The notes under the pieces: generated by a model
Told to the model about the DNA's origin: nothing
Database searches by the model: none
What the model saw: only the letters and a program-made list of their open reading frames with translations
Shown here: positions 54,394 through 63,908 of the stretch, in pieces
Layout: every line of letters starts with the position of its first letter
How positions within the stretch are numbered: the stretch's first letter is position 1
Position numbers and translations under genes: made by a program
Origin: a virus
DNA: 64,000 bases
Virus record (IMG/VR): IMGVR_UViG_3300012943_000029
Location: 66,176 to 130,175 of that record
Strand: one strand, 5' to 3'

Positions 54394-54722
54394 GCGTTGA
54401 ACCTGAACTGCTGATTGAGCTGCTTCTCCACCATGTCGCGCACCTCACGAGAAGCTCCGTTGAGCTCCTCCTTTAGGAGGTTTCGCACCTTCGCGGAGAT
54501 GCTGTTGTAGTGGGCCTCAGCCTTGTTTCCGGGCGACTGATCGGCCATGTCGTCGACCTTCAGGCCGTTCCTTTCGAAGAGGTCGTTGCGGAAGGCGTCG
54601 ACATCGACAACTGCGCCGTGTTCGTTCTTCAGCACCCACTTGCCAGCATGTGGACCACCTACGGCACGCTTGATGGTCCAGCCATTTGCGGCGGCGTATC
54701 CGATTTCACGTACCTCGATCAT
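54390..54722 (-). CDS. hypothetical protein
   Basis: AAGGAG RBS, ATGA overlap. Confidence 0.6.
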   Translation of the reverse strand: MIEVREIGYAAANGWTIKRAVGGPHAGKWVLKNEHGAVVDVDAFRNDLFERNGLKVDDMADQSPGNKAEAHYNSISAKVRNLLKEELNGASREVRDMVEKQLNQQFRFNA

Positions 54723-54991
54723 TTGATCTCCTTCGGCGTAAAGCCACTGCAGGTTTCCAGCCACGCCGGGTCGAAGTTTCCGGGCCAGTTGAACCAACCA
54801 GAGCGCACGCCGTGCGGGTTGGCGGTGATGTTCAGCTGCCGGGCGGCCTTGACAGCTCGACCATCCAGCATCGCAACGATGCCATCAAACATGTCGCCGC
54901 TCGTTCCTGTTGCTGGGTTGGCGCACGCTGAGTGCGCGTCGCCTGGCACGCTGCGACGGTGAACGCACTCGTAGCAGTTTGGCTTGCTCAT
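54719..54991 (-). CDS. hypothetical Cys-containing protein
   Basis: CYEC.HR..VPG..HS.C and GWF.WP.NFDP.W...C. Confidence 0.65.
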   Translation of the reverse strand: MSKPNCYECVHRRSVPGDAHSACANPATGTSGDMFDGIVAMLDGRAVKAARQLNITANPHGVRSGWFNWPGNFDPAWLETCSGFTPKEIK

Positions 54992-55350
54992 GCTGGGGCA
55001 TCCGCAACGCTGACCATCTCTGGCGCTGTCTCGACATCTTCATACGCCTTGACTGGCGGACCCGACGTCTGCAGAACCTGGTACCCGACGATCAGCTTCT
55101 CATCAAGAAGCTTCGAGCCGACGACGTACAGCAGGTGCTTGTTCTCCTCGCTGGCGACGACGATCTTGTCGACGTTGCTGGTCCGTTTGGTCTTCGCAAT
55201 GCTGACCTCGCCATCCTCCTTCTCGATCATGAGCAGGAAGGCAGGCTTTCGCTCAGGCTTCTTTCGAAAGAAGTGGTTGATGAGGGGGCGGGCACCGAGG
55301 ACGATGAGAGCGCCACCGATTGCCGTGATGATGTAAGCTGTGTAGTTCAT
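54988..55350 (-). CDS. membrane-anchored hypothetical protein
   Basis: N-terminal hydrophobic helix. Confidence 0.6.
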   Translation of the reverse strand: MNYTAYIITAIGGALIVLGARPLINHFFRKKPERKPAFLLMIEKEDGEVSIAKTKRTSNVDKIVVASEENKHLLYVVGSKLLDEKLIVGYQVLQTSGPPVKAYEDVETAPEMVSVADAPA

Positions 55351-55607
55351 GTCTCCACCTTTGCCAGCTCATCGCTGACCCTGTCCAGGAAAACCTTCTT
55401 GATGCGAACCTCCGCGTTGCTGAGCTCACCATCGCAGGTGAGGTTCTCAGGCGAGAGCTCGGCCTCCAGCTTTTCCCGGAGCTGGATCTTGTCGTTGCTC
55501 GTAAGCGCTGCAGGGTTGATCTCCCTGCAGTTGAAAACTCTGGCCCACTTGTTGTGGTCCTCAATGAAGCGCAGTAGCGCGAGCGAGGTTGTAGGAACTG
55601 CGCTCAC
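55347..55607 (-). CDS. hypothetical phage protein (LSPENLTCDGE)
   Basis: Recurrent phage motif. Confidence 0.65.
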   Translation of the reverse strand: MSAVPTTSLALLRFIEDHNKWARVFNCREINPAALTSNDKIQLREKLEAELSPENLTCDGELSNAEVRIKKVFLDRVSDELAKVET

Positions 55608-55891
55608 AGGTCCGCGTCCCGACGCTCGTCCATCAGGCGGTCTGCCATCGAGTGAACGTCGTTCTCGATGCCACTGTAGTGGTCAGCCAACCACTGGTGC
55701 GGGTCTCCATCGCGCGCCTTCATGGTGCCGTACGGCATGTCCTGATAGTGCTTCTCGTACAGCGCGTCGAAGTTGCGCTCGATGAACTCGTCGAGCGGCA
55801 GCTTGCCAGCTTCGAACTGATCTTCATCGACGGTGAGCTGCGCTGCCTGGTTGATTTCGCGCTGCGAGCGGAAGGTTGCAATGTTCGTCAT
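55604..55891 (-). CDS. hypothetical phage protein (MPYGTMKARDGDP..W)
   Basis: Recurrent phage motif; GGAG RBS. Confidence 0.65.
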   Translation of the reverse strand: MTNIATFRSQREINQAAQLTVDEDQFEAGKLPLDEFIERNFDALYEKHYQDMPYGTMKARDGDPHQWLADHYSGIENDVHSMADRLMDERRDADL

Positions 55892-55902
55892 GTTGTTCTC
55901 CG

Positions 55903-56271
55903 TCAAACCGAAAGACCGAAAGCTTTGGCGCGGACCCTCGCCTCAGCAAGGCTTGGGTCTGGAATGTTGCGACCGCTCGTGTAGTCAGGGCCGTTGTCGC
56001 CGTAGCGAGCGATGACCGTCGGCAGCTCCTCCAGCTGGTAGCAGTGGTAGAGATCGACCTCGCCGCGGTGAAGATCGACGCGACGCCCGAGGAAGGTGCA
56101 TGCGTGGCAGTCATGCTCGTACCGTGGGTTCTCGGCGGCGAGCTTTGCGACGCTGATCATCGCGACCGCGTCCTTCGCTCGCTGCACTATCGAGGCAGTG
56201 TGGATCGATCCACCGAGTGTGGCGAGCGTCTCCACAAGGAACTGCGTCTGCGTGTCGGTGAGCTTGATCAT
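55903..56271 (-). CDS. hypothetical protein (HDC..C.FLG...DLY.C...ARYG)
   Basis: ATGA overlap; recurrent phage motif. Confidence 0.65.
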   Translation of the reverse strand: MIKLTDTQTQFLVETLATLGGSIHTASIVQRAKDAVAMISVAKLAAENPRYEHDCHACTFLGRRVDLHRGEVDLYHCYQLEELPTVIARYGDNGPDYTSGRNIPDPSLAEARVRAKAFGLSV

Positions 56272-56732
56272 ACAGCCGCCAGCTGCTCGCGCAGGCGCTG
56301 CGCCTGCTTCTCGGCGTTGGCCAGCTCGGTGGTGAGCTTGTTCCGCTTCACGACCTTGTCGAGGTCGCGCTGCTGGGCGATCTTGTCCTTGATGAACTGC
56401 TTGTAGTCGTCGTACTTTCCGTCGACGAACCACGGGTGGAACTTGAACTGACAGAGCTCTTCGTCGCGATCTCCGCAGGTACCGTCCTCCCACATCATGA
56501 TCGTGCCGTCACTGTCGATCACGAGGCGGTCCATGCGGCGGTAGCTGTCGAGCTCGTGCCCGAACCGTTCGAAGTCAGATGGCTTGCACTCGCTGATGGC
56601 CGTCCGAGCGATGGCGATTTGCTCCTTCGCCAGCGCTTCGACCTGGGTTTCAGGTGCGCTGCGCTCGAGGATGAGCGCGCTGATCTTGGCGCTGATCTCG
56701 TTGAACTTCCCGATGATTTCGATGTTGCTCAT
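56268..56732 (-). CDS. hypothetical protein
   Basis: GGAG RBS. Confidence 0.65.
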   Translation of the reverse strand: MSNIEIIGKFNEISAKISALILERSAPETQVEALAKEQIAIARTAISECKPSDFERFGHELDSYRRMDRLVIDSDGTIMMWEDGTCGDRDEELCQFKFHPWFVDGKYDDYKQFIKDKIAQQRDLDKVVKRNKLTTELANAEKQAQRLREQLAAV

Positions 56733-56758
56733 GTCGTTCTCCGTGGTGTCCGTTGCAG

Positions 56759-57721
56759 TTAGGCGGCCGTCAGCAGGTATTCTGCGCGGCGCTCCCAGTT
56801 GTCGCCGCGGCCGGCGACCTTCACGACCTGGATCAGCGTGCGGAGCGAGAGCTCCTTGGCCTGCGTCTGGAACTTCTCGAGGAAGTCCAGCGCCTGCCGC
56901 TTGACCTTCGCGCTGTATTCAGGCAGGAATTCTTCGGCCTTGATCAGCGTCTCCATGCGGTCGATCTTCTGCTGGGTGGTCATTGAGAGATCGATCGGCA
57001 GGGCGCGTGACTTCACGGCCTGGTCGATCTTGTAGAGCTGAAGGTTTGAGATAAAGATGACGCCGCCCTTGAACTCGAAGCTGCGTGGCAGCTCCTCGTC
57101 GCCGCCGAAGCTGCTCTCGGCGTTCCATGAGATGATGCGCTTGTCGTAGCTGTCGAGCGCACCCTTCAGGAGGTTGAGAGCGACTGGATCGCGGAGGACC
57201 GTATCGCAGTCGTCGAAGATGATGATGCGGTTGCGGTTCTCGTAGAGGGTGCGGTAGAGCCCCTTCGCGGTGGAGTAGCCCTTGACGACCGCGTAGAACT
57301 TCTTGTCGTCGATCTTCGTGCCGGCAGCGAGAGCTTCGAGGTCGAGCATCTCACGGCCTGCCTTGCGCATCGCCTTGTTGACGGTGAAGGTCTTGCCGAG
57401 GCCGCCCTCGCCGGTAACCAGCAGAGATGGGCAGGTGCCGTCAGCGACCATCAGCACGAAGTCAGTGAGGAAGTCGAAGCGTTCGTTGATGCCGAACTTG
57501 TCGACGGCCTGAACAACAGGTGAGAGCGTGCTCGTTTCGACGCTGCCGCCAACTTCCTGGACATCTACGATGCCCATCATCTTGGCTCGCCGGCAGTGGC
57601 CTTCACGAATTCGGATGCAGACGTAGTCCTTCGAAGGTGACTGCGCCAGCACCTTGCCGGCGTACGTTGCCTGCCACTTGCCGACACCGTTGTTGAAGGA
57701 AAGATTTGCGACCTTGCTCAT
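56759..57721 (-). CDS. AAA+ ATPase
   Basis: Walker A GEGGLGKT, Walker B IIFDDCD, LLKGALDS, FISN, SR arginine finger. Confidence 0.85.
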   Translation of the reverse strand: MSKVANLSFNNGVGKWQATYAGKVLAQSPSKDYVCIRIREGHCRRAKMMGIVDVQEVGGSVETSTLSPVVQAVDKFGINERFDFLTDFVLMVADGTCPSLLVTGEGGLGKTFTVNKAMRKAGREMLDLEALAAGTKIDDKKFYAVVKGYSTAKGLYRTLYENRNRIIIFDDCDTVLRDPVALNLLKGALDSYDKRIISWNAESSFGGDEELPRSFEFKGGVIFISNLQLYKIDQAVKSRALPIDLSMTTQQKIDRMETLIKAEEFLPEYSAKVKRQALDFLEKFQTQAKELSLRTLIQVVKVAGRGDNWERRAEYLLTAA

Positions 57722-57756
57722 CGTGAAAATCCTCATCAGGTTTCAGAACGTAGGGC

Positions 57757-57817
57757 ATTGTAGTCCGCAACCGTCGGGAAGTACACAAAAACCTTCGGAA
57801 GGTTCCAGTTAACATAA
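57757..57817 (-). promoter_or_regulatory. early-type promoter TGTACT-N17-TACAAT with palindrome and inverted TTAACATAA box
   Basis: AACCTTC-G-GAAGGTT at 57790-57804; box on the plus strand at 57809-57817. Confidence 0.7.
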
Positions 57818-57870
57818 TATCTGGGCCCCGGGACCGAATGGCTGGCAGCAGGTCGAAGCCTCTGGTACCG

Positions 57871-57876
57871 TAAATA
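57871..57876 (+). promoter_or_regulatory. late promoter TAAATA for the plus-strand fibre gene
   Basis: Upstream of a GAGGAG RBS. Confidence 0.55.
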
Positions 57877-57954
57877 GTTGTATGCTCTCCTCCTCGAGGG
57901 CCATCACATCAGATCAAATAGTACTGACCGACCCCACTTGAGGAGACTTCCCAA

Positions 57955-60426
57955 ATGCTTTTCGACAACATCACAATGCTCGAAGGTTCTGAAATTTCGA
58001 ACCTTACCGTGAGCGTAGGTGCCGATTTTCCAGATGACCCTTCTGTCGGTGAGCTCTTCTATATTGGCAGCTCAGGACAGGGCAACGACATCGGCCTGTA
58101 TGTCTACAGCAATGGCGACTGGCAGCTCGTTGCAGATGCTGAAAATGGTGGTGGCGGAAGTGGAGAGGTCACGCTCACCGGTGACATCACCGGCACGGGT
58201 ACTGGATCAGTTGCAACAACGCTCGCGACGGTCAACTCATCTCCTCAGTCGAACACCTTCAGGAAGGTAACGGTCAACGGTAAGGGTCTCGTTATCGCAA
58301 CCTCAGCCGTAAGCCCGAGCGATCTCACAACCGCGCTTGGCTATACCCCACTCAACAAGGCTGGCGACACAATGTCGTCAGGCTACATCACCCTCAGCGG
58401 TGATCCAATTTCAGCGCTGCACGCAGTAACCAAGCAGTACGCTGACAGCATCGCGGCCGGCCTGGATCCAAAAGGTTCTGTCCGCGCTGCAACGACAGCC
58501 AACATCACCCTCTCTGCGCCACAGACGATTGACAGCATCTCTGTTATCGCTGGCGATCGCGTGCTCGTCAAGAACCAGACGACTGGCTCTGAGAACGGCA
58601 TCTACGTTGTCGCGGCTGGTGCATGGCAGCGCGCTGCCGATTTTGATGGCTCACCTTCAAATGAGGTGACCGGCGGTGCGTACACCTTCGTTGAAGAAGG
58701 TACGTCAAACGCCGACACCGGCTGGGTGCTCACGACGAACAACCCAATTACGATCGGTAGTACCGCCCTCACCTTCACTCAGTTTACAGGCGTAAGTGGT
58801 GGCGGCACAGCCTTGACTAACGCGTACATCGCCTACGGTAGCGCATCGAACCAGCTGACCGGTACGGCTGACTTCACCTGGACCACTGGTACCCAGACCC
58901 TCGCGCTCGGCACCTCTAGCGTCGGTGCGAAGATCGTGGCGGCGGCTGGTGCTACAAACGGTCTCACAATGACGATTACCGGGAGCGCAGGCACGGGAAC
59001 AAACGTCAATGGTGGTGGCATCACGCTTACTGGTGGCGCAACTGGTACCTCAAACGGTACTGGTGGTAGCATCATCCTTCAGGGCGGCCCACCTCTGACC
59101 GGTTCGACGTCATCTGTGGGTGGCAATACAACAATTATTGGTGGCTTCCTCAACACCTCACAGGGAACCACTGGATCTGTTTGGGTTGGTGGTGGACAAG
59201 CGCTTGTAAACTCTGTCGCTACCGCTGGATCGAGCGGCATGACGGTCATAACCGGTCCGAGTGCTGGCGCAGCCAACTCAAACATGACAATGAACACGTC
59301 GCCAGGTCTAACGGTGACGCCGCTCGGCACGAACAACACATCAGCTTTCATTGTAGATCGCGCACAGGTATTCATCGTGCCTGGAGCGTCAAGAAATGCT
59401 GCAATAACACCAGGCAACGTCATCATCTCGGGTGGTCCAATTGCATCAACTGGATCTATCACTACTACAGCCGGTATCGCTACAATCATGGGCGGTTCAT
59501 GGAGCGACAACAACGGTCAGTCGTTCCCTGGAAGCACAAGAATAAATGGCGGTGCTGTCAACGTTGTTGGCGGTGTTGGTCAGGCGGACTCGAACCCTGT
59601 TACCGGTGGTAACGCTGTTATTCAGGGCGGTTCTGTCTACACACGCACGTCTGGTGCAGGTACGGCGGGCAGCGTAGTAATAACTGGTGGCACCAAGAGC
59701 GCAAACAGCACCCTTGCTACAGGTATGACGGTGGTTGGCGGCAACGTCACAATCGCTGGCGGTAACGGCGCAGCTAACGCAGCTGCAATTGGTGGCGGTA
59801 ACGTCATCATCAACGGTGGTGTAGCAACAACAAGCGTCTCAGGTATCGCGAGCGGCGGCTACATCGCAATCTCGACGGCGCCTGACAGCGCATCACCTGG
59901 CACCGCCACCCTTGTTGAGCGTCTCCGCATCCTCAGCAACGGTGCATGGTCAGTTGGTACTGGCGGTACCGCAACTGGTACATCCGGTCAGGTGCTCACT
60001 TCAAACGGCAACACCTCTGCGCCAACATGGCAGACACCAGCGGGTGGCGCGTCTGATGGATCGTTCACCGGCAACTTCGGTGGTTTGAACCCAACCGGAA
60101 CTGCAACAGTTTACTACTCGGTTGTTGGTAAGACATGTACGCTGAGAATTCCATCAATCACTGGCACCAGTTCTGGCACAAACTTCTATATGGAAGCTAC
60201 CAACGTTCCTGCGGTATGTAAGCCACTTCGCGCACAATACGTGCCAGCAACCGGCACTAGCGTCTTCAACAGCAGCGGTGGTGCAACGCAGCCGAACCTA
60301 ATTGCAGCTGTCGATACCGGTGGAAGCATTGACTTCTACATTAATGGCAGTGGAAGTAACTGGTCTGGTTCAGCTGGCAACAGAGGCTTTGGCCAAGGGT
60401 TGACAATTACGTACGGCCTGAACTAA
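57955..60426 (+). CDS. glycine-rich fibre protein
   Basis: TKQYAD, RVLVKNQ...ENGIY domain, repeated GGNV.I.GG, ERLRI; GAGGAG RBS. Confidence 0.85.
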   Translation: MLFDNITMLEGSEISNLTVSVGADFPDDPSVGELFYIGSSGQGNDIGLYVYSNGDWQLVADAENGGGGSGEVTLTGDITGTGTGSVATTLATVNSSPQSNTFRKVTVNGKGLVIATSAVSPSDLTTALGYTPLNKAGDTMSSGYITLSGDPISALHAVTKQYADSIAAGLDPKGSVRAATTANITLSAPQTIDSISVIAGDRVLVKNQTTGSENGIYVVAAGAWQRAADFDGSPSNEVTGGAYTFVEEGTSNADTGWVLTTNNPITIGSTALTFTQFTGVSGGGTALTNAYIAYGSASNQLTGTADFTWTTGTQTLALGTSSVGAKIVAAAGATNGLTMTITGSAGTGTNVNGGGITLTGGATGTSNGTGGSIILQGGPPLTGSTSSVGGNTTIIGGFLNTSQGTTGSVWVGGGQALVNSVATAGSSGMTVITGPSAGAANSNMTMNTSPGLTVTPLGTNNTSAFIVDRAQVFIVPGASRNAAITPGNVIISGGPIASTGSITTTAGIATIMGGSWSDNNGQSFPGSTRINGGAVNVVGGVGQADSNPVTGGNAVIQGGSVYTRTSGAGTAGSVVITGGTKSANSTLATGMTVVGGNVTIAGGNGAANAAAIGGGNVIINGGVATTSVSGIASGGYIAISTAPDSASPGTATLVERLRILSNGAWSVGTGGTATGTSGQVLTSNGNTSAPTWQTPAGGASDGSFTGNFGGLNPTGTATVYYSVVGKTCTLRIPSITGTSSGTNFYMEATNVPAVCKPLRAQYVPATGTSVFNSSGGATQPNLIAAVDTGGSIDFYINGSGSNWSGSAGNRGFGQGLTITYGLN

Positions 60427-60986
60427 GGACCGTAGAAAGCGACAGACACAAACTTGAGCGGCCGCGTGGCCGCTTGATCTGCAGTTAACCCCTTCGCCGG
60501 GTACAGAGCGTGATACTTGTTGGTGTGCAGCAAGATCGCCTCTCCCTTCTTAGGGGTTCGCAGCTTCCCTCCCTCAGCCCACAGACGGTGGCCCAGTGGG
60601 TTGTCGACGATGAACATCACCTGCGATCCAGCAAGACCATTGCCATCATTGTGTTCCATCGCCCAGTACCCGCTGAACGAGAACGCTTCCTTTGCTTGGA
60701 TATCATCGTTCTCGCCGAAGATGCGCCAGAAGATGTCGATGATGTTCTGCTCTGTAGGGTTCATGTAGCTGCTGAAGTTGGCCCAGTCCTTGATCTCGCG
60801 AGCGAGGTAGGTGCTGAGGTCGACACCAAACTTCTTTGACTTGGTCTTATCGCCACGCTTCAGATGGAACGTTTCGAACCCATCATCACCAAGCTCAGGC
60901 TGCTCCCACATTTTACTGAACTGACGTAGGCGGTAGCTTGACAAGCGAGCCACAACATCAAGGTTCTTGGCGCGTAGAAGGTTCAT
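60423..60986 (-). CDS. possible 2OG-Fe(II) oxygenase / cupin-fold protein
   Basis: HND (HxD) and distal YHAL His, DSBH-like strands. Confidence 0.45.
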   Translation of the reverse strand: MNLLRAKNLDVVARLSSYRLRQFSKMWEQPELGDDGFETFHLKRGDKTKSKKFGVDLSTYLAREIKDWANFSSYMNPTEQNIIDIFWRIFGENDDIQAKEAFSFSGYWAMEHNDGNGLAGSQVMFIVDNPLGHRLWAEGGKLRTPKKGEAILLHTNKYHALYPAKGLTADQAATRPLKFVSVAFYGP

Positions 60987-61336
60987 CGCGTGATGTTGCT
61001 GCTCTCTAGCACATACGCATTACTGTCACTGCTCGATGTAGTTGTCGCTGGGCGAGGTGCAATGCTCGTCAGCTCTTCACCCGGCTTCTTGACGCAGTGC
61101 AGTGCCAACCCTGTCGAGCCACGGCTCACAACAGTGCAGTGCTCGCCGAGCGAGTTGTCGAACTCGGTGATCGTGTAGATGTAGTTCTCTTCGAGGTAAA
61201 TACTGCGGCCATCGAGGCGCTCGTATTCGCGCTTCGTCTGACCAGTGGTTGACGCTGGGGCGCAGGCAGATACGACTATGGCTGTGCCGGCCATAAGCGC
61301 TGCAGAAAGTAGGCACGTGATTGCAATGCGGTTCAT
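60983..61336 (-). CDS. lipoprotein
   Basis: Signal ending VVSA-C; AAGGAG RBS. Confidence 0.6.
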   Translation of the reverse strand: MNRIAITCLLSAALMAGTAIVVSACAPASTTGQTKREYERLDGRSIYLEENYIYTITEFDNSLGEHCTVVSRGSTGLALHCVKKPGEELTSIAPRPATTTSSSDSNAYVLESSNITR

Positions 61337-61345
61337 GGTCTCTCC

Positions 61346-61585
61346 TTACGAATACGGCTGAGTGTCACGAGTAGCCTTCATGTCCTTCGTCAGGGCCTTG
61401 TGCTTCTCGATGAGCTCCTTGTCCACCGTGCCGCAGCCGTCTGACACCTGACACCCGTCGACAATGAGCACGGTACCAGGACGCATGACTTGGTTGTACC
61501 AGATGTGATGAGCGATGTGCTCAGATGAAACGCCGTTGTCCTGAATGGAGCCGTTCGGATAGATGCGACGTGAATGGTGGATCAT
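61346..61585 (-). CDS. hypothetical protein (MIHHSRRIY...)
   Basis: ATGA overlap. Confidence 0.6.
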   Translation of the reverse strand: MIHHSRRIYPNGSIQDNGVSSEHIAHHIWYNQVMRPGTVLIVDGCQVSDGCGTVDKELIEKHKALTKDMKATRDTQPYS

Positions 61586-61812
61586 TTCGACCACCAGTTG
61601 TGGTAGCCAGCCACAAAGATGAGGATCGCTAAGACGACGGCCCCAATGTTGATGGCGAGAGCGTGGCGCAACAGTCCTTTGAATTGTTCGTGAAGATACG
61701 TTGGCGCATTGCCCTGCAGCGACACGATGTAGCAGCGCATGTTCCATGCCATGAACGACAGGATCGCTGGTCCAAGACAGATGAGCGAGATGATTATGAA
61801 GCGAGTATCCAT
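61582..61812 (-). CDS. small two-TM membrane protein
   Basis: GAGGAGG RBS; two hydrophobic helices. Confidence 0.65.
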   Translation of the reverse strand: MDTRFIIISLICLGPAILSFMAWNMRCYIVSLQGNAPTYLHEQFKGLLRHALAINIGAVVLAILIFVAGYHNWWSK

Positions 61813-61821
61813 GTGCCCTCC

Positions 61822-61998
61822 TCAGGCAGACCAATCAAAAGTAACGGACTTGATGTGCATGCCTCGATCGGTCAGCGACTTCTTGCGCTCCTCAATGCGA
61901 GGGTCGTTTTCGTCGGTGACACCGAAGTTTTCAGTGCCGCCAGACTGGCTGGTCGGTGACCAGCGATAGACGATGGTGCAGCGCTTGTGGGCGTTCAT
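61822..61998 (-). CDS. small hypothetical protein, 58 aa (MNAHKRCTIVYRW...), absent from the ORF track
   Basis: ATGA overlap with the upstream gene; fills the gap. Confidence 0.55.
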   Translation of the reverse strand: MNAHKRCTIVYRWSPTSQSGGTENFGVTDENDPRIEERKKSLTDRGMHIKSVTFDWSA

Positions 61999-62294
61999 GC
62001 TGGCGCCCTACCAAAGAACAGCCATTCAAGGCGACCGACTGGAATTGCTCCAGCAGGACCATCCTCGCGGTTCAGGTGCTCGTAGCCTGCCTCGCCGCGC
62101 ATGATCTTCATGGCGGTTTCGATGGCGGCCGCAACTTCCATCACCTCATCTGTGATCAGCTGGAACGTTGCCTTCGTGGCGATGGTGCCATTGCGGCTGT
62201 CGCCACCAAACTCGGCCTTCGCCTTGCGCTGCTCAAGCTCGAACGCATGGGCAGCAGAGAGGTTCTTGGCGCGCGTCAGGAAAATCGTGTTCAT
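61995..62294 (-). CDS. hypothetical protein
   Basis: GGAG RBS. Confidence 0.6.
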   Translation of the reverse strand: MNTIFLTRAKNLSAAHAFELEQRKAKAEFGGDSRNGTIATKATFQLITDEVMEVAAAIETAMKIMRGEAGYEHLNREDGPAGAIPVGRLEWLFFGRAPA

Positions 62295-62467
62295 GTCGTC
62301 TCCAACTTGCCAGCGTGCTTGTCCTCGATGAGGTCAGACAGCGTCTTGCCCTGCGCGAGGTACTGCTTCACGAACTTCACAGGAACTCCGATGATCGCAG
62401 CCGCGTCCAGGTCTGCACGGTCCTCGTGCTCCTGCTTGGTCATACGGCGAGGTGGGCGCTGCTTCAC
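62291..62467 (-). CDS. small hypothetical protein, 58 aa (MKQRPPRRMTKQE...), absent from the ORF track
   Basis: GTGA and ATGA overlaps on both sides. Confidence 0.55.
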   Translation of the reverse strand: MKQRPPRRMTKQEHEDRADLDAAAIIGVPVKFVKQYLAQGKTLSDLIEDKHAGKLETT

Positions 62468-62667
62468 GCGTTCGGCCCTACGTTGATGATGAGAACGCCA
62501 GGGGCCGGCTTGCCGCCGATCTGCACGATTGAGTGGCGCGAGTAGGCGAGCGCGTTGCCAACCTGCTTCTCGCGGGCGACTTGAGCGATGAGGGCCTGCG
62601 CGAGCTCAAGGGCTTCGTCGCTGGTGATTTCAAGGCGGACGTTGTTGTTGACCTGTTCGATGTTCAC
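62464..62667 (-). CDS. hypothetical protein
   Basis: GAGGAG RBS, GTG start. Confidence 0.6.
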   Translation of the reverse strand: MNIEQVNNNVRLEITSDEALELAQALIAQVAREKQVGNALAYSRHSIVQIGGKPAPGVLIINVGPNA

Positions 62668-62954
62668 TTGCCGTTCTCCTCGTTGAAGGTGAAGGGCTTG
62701 AAGCCGAAGGTGTCGACGACGAAGAACTTGCCGTCGTGTTCGAGGATGTCGCCCATCGAGGTAGAGCGGCAGCCGTCAGGAGGACCGAGGTAGGTGACGT
62801 CGATGCCACGCTTCCACGCGCTGTCGATGTTGTTCGTCAGGCGGTAGGCGTCCTCGAGATCGTCGGACTTGACCTCTGCAACCAGCACCACTTCGTCGAG
62901 AGCGAGCGGCCTCGGGAAGAAGGTGGGGTTCTTGACGTGGTAGACCTTGATCAT
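62664..62954 (-). CDS. YodL-like domain protein
   Basis: LEDAYRLTN...RSTSMGDIL...FVVDTFGF. Confidence 0.6.
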   Translation of the reverse strand: MIKVYHVKNPTFFPRPLALDEVVLVAEVKSDDLEDAYRLTNNIDSAWKRGIDVTYLGPPDGCRSTSMGDILEHDGKFFVVDTFGFKPFTFNEENGK

Positions 62955-62983
62955 CGTAGCGTCCTCATCAGGTTGGTGAGGAC

Positions 62984-63031
62984 ATTCTATCACGACCCCA
63001 GCCCAAGTACAACAGGTCAAGTTATGTTAAA
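62984..63031 (-). promoter_or_regulatory. early-type promoter TTTAACATAA...TTGTAC-N17-TAGAAT
   Basis: Shares 24 identical bp with the 33.0 kb promoter. Confidence 0.75.
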
Positions 63032-63417
63032 TGGGCCGCCTGCTGGTTCATAGCGCGACGGAAGCGACGCTCCTGCTTCGTGTACAATTTGGCGTTCATC
63101 TCCCAATTGCTGTCGACGAGGTTCGTCCAGTCGCCATCCTTGAAGTGACAGCGGCCCTTGAGCTTTGGGAACATGTAGTGGAAGAAGCTTTTGCCGTCTG
63201 TCTCGCCGCTAGCCTTGTCATAATTGGTCAGATTTCCAGCTGGATCGGCCTTGACGAACAATGCCATCTGACCTTCAGGCGTTTCGAATGGGTGGACTGT
63301 AGCGCCGTGGATCTTTGCGCGATGAACGCCACGGCAGCGCACGGTTGCCGAACCACCATCTCGCAGGAAAACAGTTGCCTCGACTATCGCGAGGGCTTCT
63401 TCACGTTCGTCCATCAC
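63022..63417 (-). CDS. hypothetical protein
   Basis: ORF in early operon. Confidence 0.6.
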   Translation of the reverse strand: MMDEREEALAIVEATVFLRDGGSATVRCRGVHRAKIHGATVHPFETPEGQMALFVKADPAGNLTNYDKASGETDGKSFFHYMFPKLKGRCHFKDGDWTNLVDSNWEMNAKLYTKQERRFRRAMNQQAAHLT

Positions 63418-63665
63418 ATGGCCTTCGCATCGATGCCGGGCTTTCCAGCCTTCAGCACGACGGTCTTGACAGCGGCGTAAACCTGGTCAATGAACACCCG
63501 CGCGTTGCCGAAGCGGCGAATGTAGGGTGTAACCTCGGCTGGCGTGCCGAACAGGCGCGCCTTGTTGAGGTCGGCCGTGTACTCGATCTTGTCGCGGGTG
63601 ATAGCCTTGACGTAGCCAGTTCCTAGCACCTCGACGGTGTAGAAGGGCGGGTCGATTTCCTTCAT
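63414..63665 (-). CDS. hypothetical protein
   Basis: GAGGAG RBS. Confidence 0.6.
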   Translation of the reverse strand: MKEIDPPFYTVEVLGTGYVKAITRDKIEYTADLNKARLFGTPAEVTPYIRRFGNARVFIDQVYAAVKTVVLKAGKPGIDAKAM

Positions 63666-63674
63666 GCGATCTCC

Positions 63675-63905
63675 TCAGTAGCCGTTGTCGTCTGCAAACT
63701 TTTCGATGTTCTCGATGGTGGGCTCGGGGATCGTAAGAACGGAACCGTCATCGTGGTTCTCGATGCCGCCGATTTCCTGCGCCAGGCGCAGGCTCGATGC
63801 GTACTTACCCTTGGAGATGGTGCAGCTCGACACTGGCTGCCCATCCTCCATCACAACCTCGACTTCCACGAGGAAGCCGCCAATGGTCTTCGAGGCAGAG
63901 CTCAT
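63675..63905 (-). CDS. hypothetical protein
   Basis: GGAG RBS. Confidence 0.6.
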   Translation of the reverse strand: MSSASKTIGGFLVEVEVVMEDGQPVSSCTISKGKYASSLRLAQEIGGIENHDDGSVLTIPEPTIENIEKFADDNGY

Positions 63906-63908
63906 GGC

